Assembly (NCBI GenBank): GCA_963677435.1
Contig: OY781945.1
Span: forward strand, 2,016,001-2,080,000
Source of the DNA: an uncultured Aliarcobacter sp.
Lineage (GTDB): Bacteria > Campylobacterota > Campylobacteria > Campylobacterales > Arcobacteraceae
Direction of reading: 5' to 3'
Length of the DNA stretch: 64,000 nucleotides
Shown: positions 24,017 through 32,955 of the stretch, piece by piece
How the letters are laid out: each line of letters opens with the position of its first letter
Position numbering within the stretch: position 1 is the stretch's first letter
Notes under the pieces: generated by a model
The model's input: the letters and a program-made list of their open reading frames with translations, nothing else
Database searches by the model: none
Told to the model about the DNA's origin: nothing
Position numbers and translations under genes: made by a program

Positions 24017-24100
24017 GGCTCCGTGGCGGAATTGGTAGACGCGTGTGATTCAAAATCATATTCCAATGGAGTGCCGGTTCGATTCCGGCCGGGGCTACCA
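24017..24100 (+). tRNA. tRNA-Leu(CAA), island-encoded and complete with CCA
   Basis: Acceptor GGCTCCG/CGGGGCT, anticodon arm TGTGA-TTCAAAA-TCATA, long variable arm, T-arm GCCGG-TTCGATT-CCGGC, and ACCA end. Confidence 0.93.
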
Positions 24101-24146
24101 CTTTTTTATTCATTATAAAATCCCTATTTTACGAACTTCTAAACAA

Positions 24147-24341
24147 TCAAAGCGACACACAACTATTTTCATCAATATATCTAAGAACCTCTTCTCTTAA
24201 AATAAAATGCTTCACTCCAACTTTAAAAGATTTTAGTTTATTTTCTTTAATAAGCTTTTTTGCAGTTGAAACTTTCATAAATCCTAAACTTTCTAACTCT
24301 TTAAGTGAAAATGATATTCTTTTTGGTATTAGTTCTTCCAT
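24147..24341 (-). CDS. Excisionase-like HTH protein (probable recombination directionality factor)
   Basis: 64 aa from ATG 24341 (RBS GGAG). The HTH_17-like pattern STAKKLIKENKLKSFKVGVKHFILREEV is present, at the island end. Confidence 0.75.
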   Translation of the reverse strand: MEELIPKRISFSLKELESLGFMKVSTAKKLIKENKLKSFKVGVKHFILREEVLRYIDENSCVSL

Positions 24342-24392
24342 TTTTTTATCTCCATAATTTTCTTTTTTTGAAATCATAGTTAAAAAAATTCA

Positions 24393-24425
24393 TTTTGTGA
24401 TTATTTGACACAGATAATCACAAAA
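24393..24425. promoter_or_regulatory. Palindromic operator between the divergent xis and rep genes
   Basis: TTTTGTGATTAT-TTGACACAG-ATAATCACAAAA. Confidence 0.55.
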
Positions 24426-24507
24426 CCGTTTTTTCGTTATAAAATTCCACATCCATGGAAATAAATTTATAAGCTTATAAAGAAAAAAAGGAGCAAGGAA
24501 TGAGATT

Positions 24508-25167
24508 ATGAAAGTTAATCTTCAACAAAAAAAGAAAAATTTCACAATGGTAAGCAATATTATTGCCAAAGATAACACCATAAGTTTAAAAGCTAAAGGT
24601 ATGTGCTTGATATTGGTTCATTTTCCACAAGATTGGCATTTTTATGAAGAAAAACTTCAAGATTATGCAAGTGATGGAAAAACAGCCATATCAAATGCAC
24701 TCAAAGAGCTTGAAGTAAGCGGTTATCTTTTTAGAAAACAGCTAAGAGAAAAAGGAAGATTTTCAAATAAGCTTTGGATATTTAGTGATGAGAAATTAAG
24801 TAGTGAGGATTTAAAAGATTTTACCGAGATGAGAAAAACTGATGTCGGTAAAAACGATAACGGAAAACCGCTAGCTACTAATACTCACTCTAACCAAACT
24901 AAAGAGAGTAATAAAAAAAATACTCAAAAAAAGGGAAGAAAAAAAGCCTATTATGAGTTTGTCAATGTTTTAAAATCAAACGCAATGGAATATCCAAATC
25001 TAAAAGTTGTATTTGAAGATACCACATACTCATTTGTCAATAAAAATGGACAAATGCTTTTAAAAGATGAAGCAAGTGATATTGTACTTTCAAAAGTACA
25101 TGCAAGTAAGTTGTATCAAAAGATGGCAAATTCACTTAATGTGCAAATCATAAGGGGACAGAGATGA
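24508..25167 (+). CDS. Phage-type replication initiator-like winged-helix protein
   Basis: NFTMVSN...DNTISLKAKG...AISNALKELEVSGYL N-terminus, typical of phage/plasmid initiators. Confidence 0.65.
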   Translation: MKVNLQQKKKNFTMVSNIIAKDNTISLKAKGMCLILVHFPQDWHFYEEKLQDYASDGKTAISNALKELEVSGYLFRKQLREKGRFSNKLWIFSDEKLSSEDLKDFTEMRKTDVGKNDNGKPLATNTHSNQTKESNKKNTQKKGRKKAYYEFVNVLKSNAMEYPNLKVVFEDTTYSFVNKNGQMLLKDEASDIVLSKVHASKLYQKMANSLNVQIIRGQR

Positions 25168-25622
25168 GTTTAGATGATGAAAAAAGCATAGAAATCATCA
25201 CAAAATTTTCCCTTGAGATACAAAATCAAAACTTACGACTCTTTGCAAGGGTTGATTTACAAACGAAGTTACAAATATTGCAGCTTCAAAAACAACTGTT
25301 TCACAAACTAAAAAGTGCTCATAGTGATGTAGATAATGCAATTTTGACTCTATCATCACTTGTTTTAGCCATAGATTCAGTTGCAAAAGAGTTTGATAAT
25401 GTAAATCTCAATGCAATAAAACTTCGAGGCAAAAATAATAAAGCCAAAATAAAACGACAAAAGGTGCTTGGATATTGGGCGATAGTAAGAACTCTAAAGT
25501 TAGAACAAAACATGAGCTTTAGAGATATTGCAACTTACTTTGCCAAATATCATAAGCTTGAGGTGGCTCATACAACAATACATGGGCTATGGAAAGAACT
25601 AGAAAATAATGCAAATGTTTAG
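25164..25622 (+). CDS. Hypothetical protein with C-terminal HTH
   Basis: MSFRDIATYFAKYHKLEVAHTTI HTH-like segment. ATGA overlap with the rep gene. Confidence 0.6.
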   Translation: MSLDDEKSIEIITKFSLEIQNQNLRLFARVDLQTKLQILQLQKQLFHKLKSAHSDVDNAILTLSSLVLAIDSVAKEFDNVNLNAIKLRGKNNKAKIKRQKVLGYWAIVRTLKLEQNMSFRDIATYFAKYHKLEVAHTTIHGLWKELENNANV

Positions 25623-25632
25623 GAGAAAATAG

Positions 25633-26229
25633 ATGTTAAATGAAGCTATAGAAACAAGAGGAAATAATGAGTTGGAGATAATGGTGATACCATTGTCAAA
25701 TAATGATATGATAAAGTTGGAGCTAAGATTTACAAATACCATTAAGAAAAAATATCTTCTTAGAGAGGCTCTACTTATTGATAATGAAGTAATCAGTGAA
25801 CAAGTTGATTTAGCTCAAATAAAGTCGTTTATGAAGAAATTTATCTATAACAAATTAAATAGTTCACATGAGAATAAATTATTTGAGTATGCTACGAAAC
25901 AAAATCCAAATGGAGATATTCTTAGATCATTAAAGCTAAAAAAACTACTTGGAGATAAGATTTATTTTAGTGAAGTGGAGATTGAAGCGATACTTAATAT
26001 TTGGCTTGATGCACTTGTAGGCTACAGTAAGATTAGAGTGTTTGATAAAAATATTGTTTTTTCAACAAATGATTATTATACATCACTTGATGATGGGATG
26101 ATTTTTACAGATGTAGATAGAAATATCAATAGTAAAATACTTCAAAACTTAGCATATAACGAATTTGACAAATCAACTATTATCGATATTCTTGAAAATG
26201 CAAAAGGTCGAAAATTAGAGTTACGATAA
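25633..26229 (+). CDS. Hypothetical protein
   Basis: 198-aa ORF with strong RBS AGGAG. Confidence 0.65.
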   Translation: MLNEAIETRGNNELEIMVIPLSNNDMIKLELRFTNTIKKKYLLREALLIDNEVISEQVDLAQIKSFMKKFIYNKLNSSHENKLFEYATKQNPNGDILRSLKLKKLLGDKIYFSEVEIEAILNIWLDALVGYSKIRVFDKNIVFSTNDYYTSLDDGMIFTDVDRNINSKILQNLAYNEFDKSTIIDILENAKGRKLELR

Positions 26230-26757
26230 GCGAATTTTATGTTTTTTATGATGTTCAAACATTGTAAAAAATAGTGTTTTTTACAACTCAAAAATTCTTA
26301 ATAGGAAGTTCCTTTTTTAAGGGGCTTCCAAATACTTCCCTCAACAAAATAGAAACTGGAAAAAACAATCACTTTTACAAATTTTTTTCATAATAAATAT
26401 TGAACAATTTTTCATGCTATATTTTCGTATATCAATTTAAAAAAACTGATTAGGTGGAGCTCAAGAATCACTTACGAGTATTCTGTACCATCTCAACCAA
26501 AAGAGCGTCAAAAGATTTTGATTTCCTTTGATTTAGAAATTTTTTGCACTACCAAAAATCAAAGAAGAGTGGCAAGCTTTGACCTGCTAGTACAAGTTTT
26601 AAAATATATTATAAGTTTTTACCTCTAACTGGTATTGTACAAAATGTTAGCGATTTAGATGCAAAAATCGAAAAATAAATGCAGATTGACTAAACAATTT
26701 TTTGCCTATGATAGAGGCTGAAACTATCAAAACTAAAATTAATAAAGGATAGTTTTT

Positions 26758-27678
26758 TTGAGAGGAAGTGTTTACTATCAAAGCTCACAACTAGCCAAAC
26801 AAATCTTTGAATCTGGTGCTAAAAAAGAGGATAGAATCAATCCAAACCATGAGCATTTTCAAAAGATTGCAAGCTATAAAACTATGGAGAGTTATAGAAG
26901 TATTTGGAACAACTTTTTTAACTATTTAAAAGAGCATTGGGGTATAAAAGATTTTGAAAAAATAGAATCACAACATATCCATGCATATATGGATTATAAA
27001 ATAGAATACTACCCCTCAAAACAATATCTTGAGAAAATAAGTGCAGCACTAGGTAAACTTGAAATTGCTCTAAAACTCTTCGCAAAAAATATTCATAATG
27101 AGATTAGAAAGTATGATTTTTCAATCCGCCAAACTCTTTTAGATGAAGCACGAAATTTAAAATATGTGGCTAACAATTATCATAACCGTGCCTATAAAAA
27201 TCCACTACTTTTAATTGAAAGTCTCAACAATCCGCTGCATAAATTAGCAGCAAAAATTCAATATGAGGGTGGTGCAAGAATTGAAGGTGTGGCACTTATT
27301 AAGCCTGAACAACTTCTTGGAACTAAAATAGATACTATCACAAATACTCAAAAAGGGATTATCTTTACAAAAGAAAAAGGTGGCAAAGAGGGAGAAGTTT
27401 TAATATCACTTGAAACTTATAACGAACTAGAAAATTATCTATCTTTGCATCCAAAATTTAAAATCAACCGTCAAGCTTATTATGAAGATATCAAACAATC
27501 TGCACTTTTATCGGATGAAGCCCCAGAAGCAAGTCATGGTTTACGATGGAATTTTGCAAAAAGAAGAATGCTTGAATATGCCAAAGCTGGATACTCTTAT
27601 GCCCAGTCACTTCAAGAAGTCAGCTATGAAATGAAGCATAATCGAGCAGGTATTACAGAGCATTATTTAGGTGGCTAA
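26758..27678 (+). CDS. Second tyrosine-recombinase-family protein (possible atypical relaxase or resolvase)
   Basis: Catalytic set GARIEG (R), KEKGGK (K), HGLR, MKHNR (H) and ITEHYL (Y). No arm-binding domain is apparent. Confidence 0.85.
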   Translation: MRGSVYYQSSQLAKQIFESGAKKEDRINPNHEHFQKIASYKTMESYRSIWNNFFNYLKEHWGIKDFEKIESQHIHAYMDYKIEYYPSKQYLEKISAALGKLEIALKLFAKNIHNEIRKYDFSIRQTLLDEARNLKYVANNYHNRAYKNPLLLIESLNNPLHKLAAKIQYEGGARIEGVALIKPEQLLGTKIDTITNTQKGIIFTKEKGGKEGEVLISLETYNELENYLSLHPKFKINRQAYYEDIKQSALLSDEAPEASHGLRWNFAKRRMLEYAKAGYSYAQSLQEVSYEMKHNRAGITEHYLGG

Positions 27679-27733
27679 ATCTTGACAAAAACTCATATTT
27701 TTGTAAAATATCTTCAAAAAAAAGGAAACAAAA

Positions 27734-27931
27734 ATGCTTATAATTAAAGAATATTTAACAGCTGTAAAACTAGATGAAGAAAACAACCTCCTATTCGCCT
27801 ATGACATCAAAGACAACATCATGGATGAACAAAGCGAAGGAATTTTAAGTGAAGTAAATGAGCTAATGTATCAAAAAATTGCATCACATTTTAATATTAA
27901 GCCTGAAAATTATGGAGTGCAAATTGGTTGA
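27734..27931 (+). CDS. Small hypothetical protein
   Basis: 65 aa, RBS AAGGA, with TTGACA/TAAAAT promoter-like elements upstream. Confidence 0.6.
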   Translation: MLIIKEYLTAVKLDEENNLLFAYDIKDNIMDEQSEGILSEVNELMYQKIASHFNIKPENYGVQIG

Positions 27932-28326
27932 AATTTGAGCTAAAATTTGGTAAAATTTGCTTTGAATATCAAGCCCTAAGACAGGAGCGACTCTGCTAGT
28001 TCTTGAGGGCTGAGAAATAAAATTAGCAACTAACTTTTGTATATTCTTTGCTGTAACTTATGAACTTGGTCCTTACTTAGTCCCAACATAGTCCCTCATC
28101 ACTGTAATCTTCTTTTTATTTTATTATTTTTTTGTCTAAAATACAATATTAATATTTTTTTGGTTCCGACAGTGGTATAAAAAAATGGCTAAGTTTTTTT
28201 CTGTTTAGCTATTTCTATTTATTCCATTTTATGCTCAAATATCCTAAAAATGCTACTTTTTAGTCCTTGTCAGCCAGTAGTTTAGGGATAAAAACGGCTA
28301 AAAAACGGCTAAAATATTTTTTTATC

Positions 28327-29973
28327 CTAATTTTTAGCCATTTCCCAATATTTTCCACTATTTACTATCAAGCCATCTTTCCTGAGTTCTTGTAGGTAGT
28401 TTTTAATTTTGTTTTGTTTTTGTTCTGTTGTAAGTACATCTGGTAGTTTTTCCAACAGAGCTTTTATAAAATCTGACTTCTTGGCTTTTTTCGTGATTTT
28501 CAAATATTCTATCATCATTTTTTTTGCATATTCATCATTAATACCTTTTAGCCTAAGATACTCATCCTCTTGATTTGTATATTTCGCCACATTTGATGAT
28601 ATATGTAAATTTGGCCGTTTCCCTTCGATGAGATTTTTTGCTTTTAAAACTTTGACTTCATCAGCATTTAGGCTATGCTCTTTTTGCACTTTATCAAGTA
28701 AAATAATCTCTTCCAAAGAAAGTTCAGGAATTGTGGCTAGTTTTAAAGCATAGTTCATATCAAGCACTTTTCCCTCTATAGTTACTTTTACAGAGTCATT
28801 TGAAAGCTCATACTCAGGAAGTGGAAAGTATTTCTTACTTTGAATTGTAAACATCTTTACAATCCCACTACCTATAGTATCTATAAGATTTAGATTTATC
28901 ATCGCTTGAGCTAAGAATTTGTTTCTATATTTTATTTCTGGGGCATCGGTTTTTAGAACATTTTCAATAGTTTGAGGGATAAATGCCCCTTTGTTTGCAA
29001 AAACTAATTTTCTATCTTCAAACTCCACTACATTGATTTTTCCACCCATTGTATAGTCTTGATGAGCGATACAGTTATTGAGTGCTTCTCTTATTATAAA
29101 TGGATGATAGCTTTCAACTTCTTGTGGAAACAAAGAATTTCCATCCATATATCTGTACTTTAAATTTCTGATTTTGTTATAAACTGCTTCAAGACTTAAA
29201 ATAAATGGGCAAGTGAAGTGCTCATAATCTTTTGCAATATTATCTTTGTCTTTCAATATCCAGCTAATCTGAGCAACCGCAGGAGATAGCAAATATTCTG
29301 ATTCACTTTTACCAAGAAGCAATATTGCAGTATTTGTGATTTTACCTTTGATAGTTATCTTTGCTTTATTTAAAAAAGTAGTATCATCCCAAGCTTTTAT
29401 CTCATCAGCTAGTTTTGGATTTTTTATCGTATAAAGCTCCCTTGCTTTTTGTATCGCTTCACTTGATAAATCCGCGATTGTTGCATCTTCACATATTTGG
29501 ATACTCCAGTCAAAATCACTATTTTGGCTTCTGATTCTCTCTAACTCTTCAAGATTGAGCGGTTGAAGTTCTGAGCTATCTCTTCCGTAGTAATGACCCT
29601 TCCAAGCTATAGGAAGACCAAGCGGAGCTGATGGTATTTGAAATAAAACGACTCTTTTACCATCTAGCTCAGTTTCGTATATCTCTTTAAAAGTGATTCT
29701 ATTTGTGGTATGGTTGGCAACTTCTGCTTTTAGGTTGTGAAGTGATTTTGTATCAGCTCTAAAGTTGGTACCCACTACACTTTTATCATCTTTGATACCA
29801 AACACGAGCCATGCTTCACTTTTGCCTATGAGATTTGCTTCGTTTGAAAGTGCACTAAAATACTTGCCAATTTTGTCAAAATCATACTGATTTTTCGCTT
29901 CTTTGTACTCTAAAATCTCATTTTCATCATTTGTACTTAAAAATTGTTCGAGTTTTTTATCAATATCTATCAT
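28327..29973 (-). CDS. Schlafen/AlbA_2 + HATPase_c_4 + wHTH protein
   Basis: ENEILEYKEAK...SALSN...VFGIKDD (AlbA_2), then REALNNCIAHQDY, YRNKFLA and DTIGSGI (HATPase_c_4). Confidence 0.85.
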   Translation of the reverse strand: MIDIDKKLEQFLSTNDENEILEYKEAKNQYDFDKIGKYFSALSNEANLIGKSEAWLVFGIKDDKSVVGTNFRADTKSLHNLKAEVANHTTNRITFKEIYETELDGKRVVLFQIPSAPLGLPIAWKGHYYGRDSSELQPLNLEELERIRSQNSDFDWSIQICEDATIADLSSEAIQKARELYTIKNPKLADEIKAWDDTTFLNKAKITIKGKITNTAILLLGKSESEYLLSPAVAQISWILKDKDNIAKDYEHFTCPFILSLEAVYNKIRNLKYRYMDGNSLFPQEVESYHPFIIREALNNCIAHQDYTMGGKINVVEFEDRKLVFANKGAFIPQTIENVLKTDAPEIKYRNKFLAQAMINLNLIDTIGSGIVKMFTIQSKKYFPLPEYELSNDSVKVTIEGKVLDMNYALKLATIPELSLEEIILLDKVQKEHSLNADEVKVLKAKNLIEGKRPNLHISSNVAKYTNQEDEYLRLKGINDEYAKKMMIEYLKITKKAKKSDFIKALLEKLPDVLTTEQKQNKIKNYLQELRKDGLIVNSGKYWEMAKN

Positions 29974-29975
29974 AA

Positions 29976-30527
29976 TTAATTTACCTCTATATGTACTAAA
30001 TTATTGGTTTTTTTCTTATAATTATAGCTACCATTCTTTGTTATATAGTCTTTATTTTGGACTGTTGTATATCTATAAAATTCTTCATCTTTACTATCTT
30101 TTTTGCATATGCCTTTTATTCGTTTACTTTTCAAAAGTTTTAAATTACGATTTTTTTCACATTGTTTTAATTCTATTTTCAAACTATTTTCCGTATGAGT
30201 ATTTAATATTTCAAGTAAACAATTTTTAGGTCCATTCATAGGCTTATCACTTTCCTTTTTTAGTAAAGATCGAATCAATACTCCTCCGTACATAACTTCG
30301 TTGCTATCAAAACATATATCAAAACCATAACTATGAAAAAATATTTCACCAGCTTTTTGAATTCTTTTTATTACACTACAATCTCTGTGTTCAATTGAAT
30401 TAAAATATAATTCAACTTCTTCAAAAAAATATTCTTTCTCATTAACTTTGAGATAATGCCCATTTAGAAGTGTATTTATAAATGTATCTAATTTTTCAAC
30501 TTCAAAGTTATCAAACAAATTGCTCAT
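29976..30527 (-). CDS. Hypothetical protein with a methylpurine-DNA-glycosylase (MPG/AAG)-like motif pattern
   Basis: EEVELY...HRD...GGVLIRSL...NGPKNC echoes MPG EVEAY...D...AVLIRAL...GPGKL. Confidence 0.5.
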   Translation of the reverse strand: MSNLFDNFEVEKLDTFINTLLNGHYLKVNEKEYFFEEVELYFNSIEHRDCSVIKRIQKAGEIFFHSYGFDICFDSNEVMYGGVLIRSLLKKESDKPMNGPKNCLLEILNTHTENSLKIELKQCEKNRNLKLLKSKRIKGICKKDSKDEEFYRYTTVQNKDYITKNGSYNYKKKTNNLVHIEVN

Positions 30528-30529
30528 TC

Positions 30530-31348
30530 TCAACTCTTTGTCAAATCAGCTATAACAGCTTGTAAAACTTTCCAACTGATTTCTGCGGTATGTTTATTTG
30601 GATTAAAATTTTGCATTGCTTGCTGTCTTGGATGAATATAATTTCTAAACTCTTTCAGGCTATGACTATAATTTTTAATGTGGAGTTGAATATAACCTGT
30701 TTCATAAGCTACATTGATAAGATTATCAAGTGTCCACTCTGTAAGCTTTCTGATTTTTCCATCTTTTTCTTTTGGTGCAGATTTTGATGTATTAAATTTT
30801 TGTGGATTTTGAGTTGCTATATGAAGCAATAATCCCTCTAAAGTGCTACCACATAAAAAAATTACAGCAAGAGAAGCTTCACTATGAAGAGATTTTTTTA
30901 TCTCATCAAGTCTTTGATTAATTACTTCTTCAAATTGGAAATCTAATCCCAATGATGATAAATCAACTTTAGAAAACTCTTGTTTTAAAAATTCATTTTC
31001 CGTAAGTTCTTTATTGAGAATAGGTTCTTTATTTGTAATACCAAGTAAAGTGTTTATATAACCAAGAGCTAAAATTTTATCTTTATCCTCTATTGTTTCA
31101 GTTTGACTGGCTAGTTCTAAAAGTCCTTTTAATACACTTCCCACCATCTTATCATTTTCAAGTTCCCAAAACGCTCTTAGTCGTTTCATCTTTGAAGTAC
31201 CATGGATATAATATTTTTTAGAATCTATATTGACATGAAAATCTTTGAAAAATTCACTAAAAGTTCTATCTGTAAAATTTAATACATATCCACCTCTGTC
31301 AAAAAGTTTTTCAAACAGTTGTTTTTGATTAAAGTTGAGATTTGCCAT
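30530..31348 (-). CDS. Abortive-infection-type protein: AbiJ-like N-terminal domain + HEPN-like C-terminal domain
   Basis: N-terminal GGYVLNFTDRTFSEFF...SKMKRLRAFW. C-terminal GSTLEGLL...LDNLINVA...FRNYIHP (RNxxH). Confidence 0.7.
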   Translation of the reverse strand: MANLNFNQKQLFEKLFDRGGYVLNFTDRTFSEFFKDFHVNIDSKKYYIHGTSKMKRLRAFWELENDKMVGSVLKGLLELASQTETIEDKDKILALGYINTLLGITNKEPILNKELTENEFLKQEFSKVDLSSLGLDFQFEEVINQRLDEIKKSLHSEASLAVIFLCGSTLEGLLLHIATQNPQKFNTSKSAPKEKDGKIRKLTEWTLDNLINVAYETGYIQLHIKNYSHSLKEFRNYIHPRQQAMQNFNPNKHTAEISWKVLQAVIADLTKS

Positions 31349-32955
31349 TATAAAAACTCACTTCTAATGAAAGTAATTTTAGCTTTTTTCATTACTTGCC
31401 AATTGTCACATAATCCAGCATTCAAAACTTCATATACAAAAATCCAGTACTCATCAATATCATCTTTAAGTGTATTTGCCAAATCTCTATACTTTTTACC
31501 AATAGTTGTGCGATTAAAATTACTAGAAGAATTTAAATATTTTTTATCGTGTAAATATGCCAATAATAACAAAATAGCATCATTAGAATTTTCTACTTTT
31601 TCAAACAAATTGTCAATAAGTAAAAAATCATATTTCAAACTAAAAAATAGAGCATAACTCATCGCTTCATAAAGTTTTTTAGAGTTTCCAAGTTGAAATA
31701 AATCTTGTGAAATTTTTTCTATTTTGGACTTATCAATTGAAAAAGCAGTAAATATCTTATCATCAAGTAAAGGTAATAAATATGGATACAATAACACCAA
31801 ATGATGAACCGTTTTTATAAAATAATCTTTTGCATTTACTGTCATCTCTTTTTTTGCTAAAACTTTGATTGCATAATTTAAAATAGCACTATTTTCTTTA
31901 TTATGAAACATCAAATCAAGTGCAATATCAAGATAAGCTCTTACTTCACTTAGTTTCAATTTATCATCATTGGAAAAAATGAAAGAGTTTAATTTTCTAA
32001 CCCAATTCTCTGTTGAAGCCAAAGGTAATTTTAAAATCTCAGTTTTTTTATGATTGAGCATTAAGCCGTATTTTTTTAACTCTGCAGATAAATCCACTAA
32101 AAACTCTTCTGCTTTTTCTTTTGTTTCAACATAACAAGTATAATCATCAATATTACGAATATATCTATATTCATTTTTATGCTCATACAATGCTTTATCA
32201 ACAGTGGTTAAAATTATTTCTGATATAAGATTAGAAGCATGGCTCCCTATTAAAATACCATGTGTTTCACCATCTTTCAAGTTTCTAGTAGTTTTATCAA
32301 TTTGATCAAACCACTCATGACTATCCATAGGCTTTGATTTCTTTTTAGCTTCTTCTTTACCTACCAATGCCCAAGATAAAGAATGTGTATAAATACTTGG
32401 AAAGCAATTTGATATATCTGCCTTTACCACATACCGTTTTCCAATTAACAAGTTAGGCTCAGGATAATCATCTGTGCAAAAATTTTTATGATTCATTTCA
32501 AAAAGATGATTTTGTATTAATACTGGATAATCGTCCAAATCAATATCATCTAGGTCTTGATAGCATGTATTAAATACTTTAAAACTATCATCTATTTTTC
32601 TTATATGAATCCTACTTACTCTATGTTCTTGGTTCAATGTTTGTTTTTGAAAATATTCAAGCAATTTATCCCAATTATCAGACAAAACTTTACATTGATT
32701 ATGATAAGCAATTGGATTAGGAATAGCTAAAATTCTAGGTACATTTATATTTCTGATACTTTCATAATAAATATACTTTTTTTCAGAGTTATCAAAAGTA
32801 AATCTAGCTGGAGGTGTTTTACAAAAATCCAAAAAATTCTCAGCAGTTAAAAAAGGTGGTATTTTTTCTGCAAATAAACCATATCCAAGTAAACCATCAA
32901 ATAGTTCATCTTTTGAGATTTCACTAAGTAATTCATAGTATGATTTTTTAGCCAT
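31348..32955 (-). CDS. Defence-associated reverse transcriptase (UG/Abi class, tentatively DRT4-like)
   Basis: RILAIPNP, KADISNCFPSIYTHS, GILIGSHASNLISE, RNIDDY and LMLNHKKT motifs, followed by a helical C-terminal region. No group II intron or retron context. Confidence 0.88.
   Translation of the reverse strand: MAKKSYYELLSEISKDELFDGLLGYGLFAEKIPPFLTAENFLDFCKTPPARFTFDNSEKKYIYYESIRNINVPRILAIPNPIAYHNQCKVLSDNWDKLLEYFQKQTLNQEHRVSRIHIRKIDDSFKVFNTCYQDLDDIDLDDYPVLIQNHLFEMNHKNFCTDDYPEPNLLIGKRYVVKADISNCFPSIYTHSLSWALVGKEEAKKKSKPMDSHEWFDQIDKTTRNLKDGETHGILIGSHASNLISEIILTTVDKALYEHKNEYRYIRNIDDYTCYVETKEKAEEFLVDLSAELKKYGLMLNHKKTEILKLPLASTENWVRKLNSFIFSNDDKLKLSEVRAYLDIALDLMFHNKENSAILNYAIKVLAKKEMTVNAKDYFIKTVHHLVLLYPYLLPLLDDKIFTAFSIDKSKIEKISQDLFQLGNSKKLYEAMSYALFFSLKYDFLLIDNLFEKVENSNDAILLLLAYLHDKKYLNSSSNFNRTTIGKKYRDLANTLKDDIDEYWIFVYEVLNAGLCDNWQVMKKAKITFIRSEFL

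Noticed and set aside
23910..24113. 67-aa minus-strand ORF
   Set aside because: It is the antisense reading of the island tRNA and att arm.
30530..31348. PrrC/RloC anticodon nuclease
   Set aside because: It lacks the ABC-ATPase domain. Only a HEPN-like motif is shared.
31348..32955. RT as a retron, group II intron, DGR or CRISPR-associated RT
   Set aside because: No intergenic space for msr-msd, no VTG retron motif or intron maturase context, no TR/VR repeat pair, and no cas genes.
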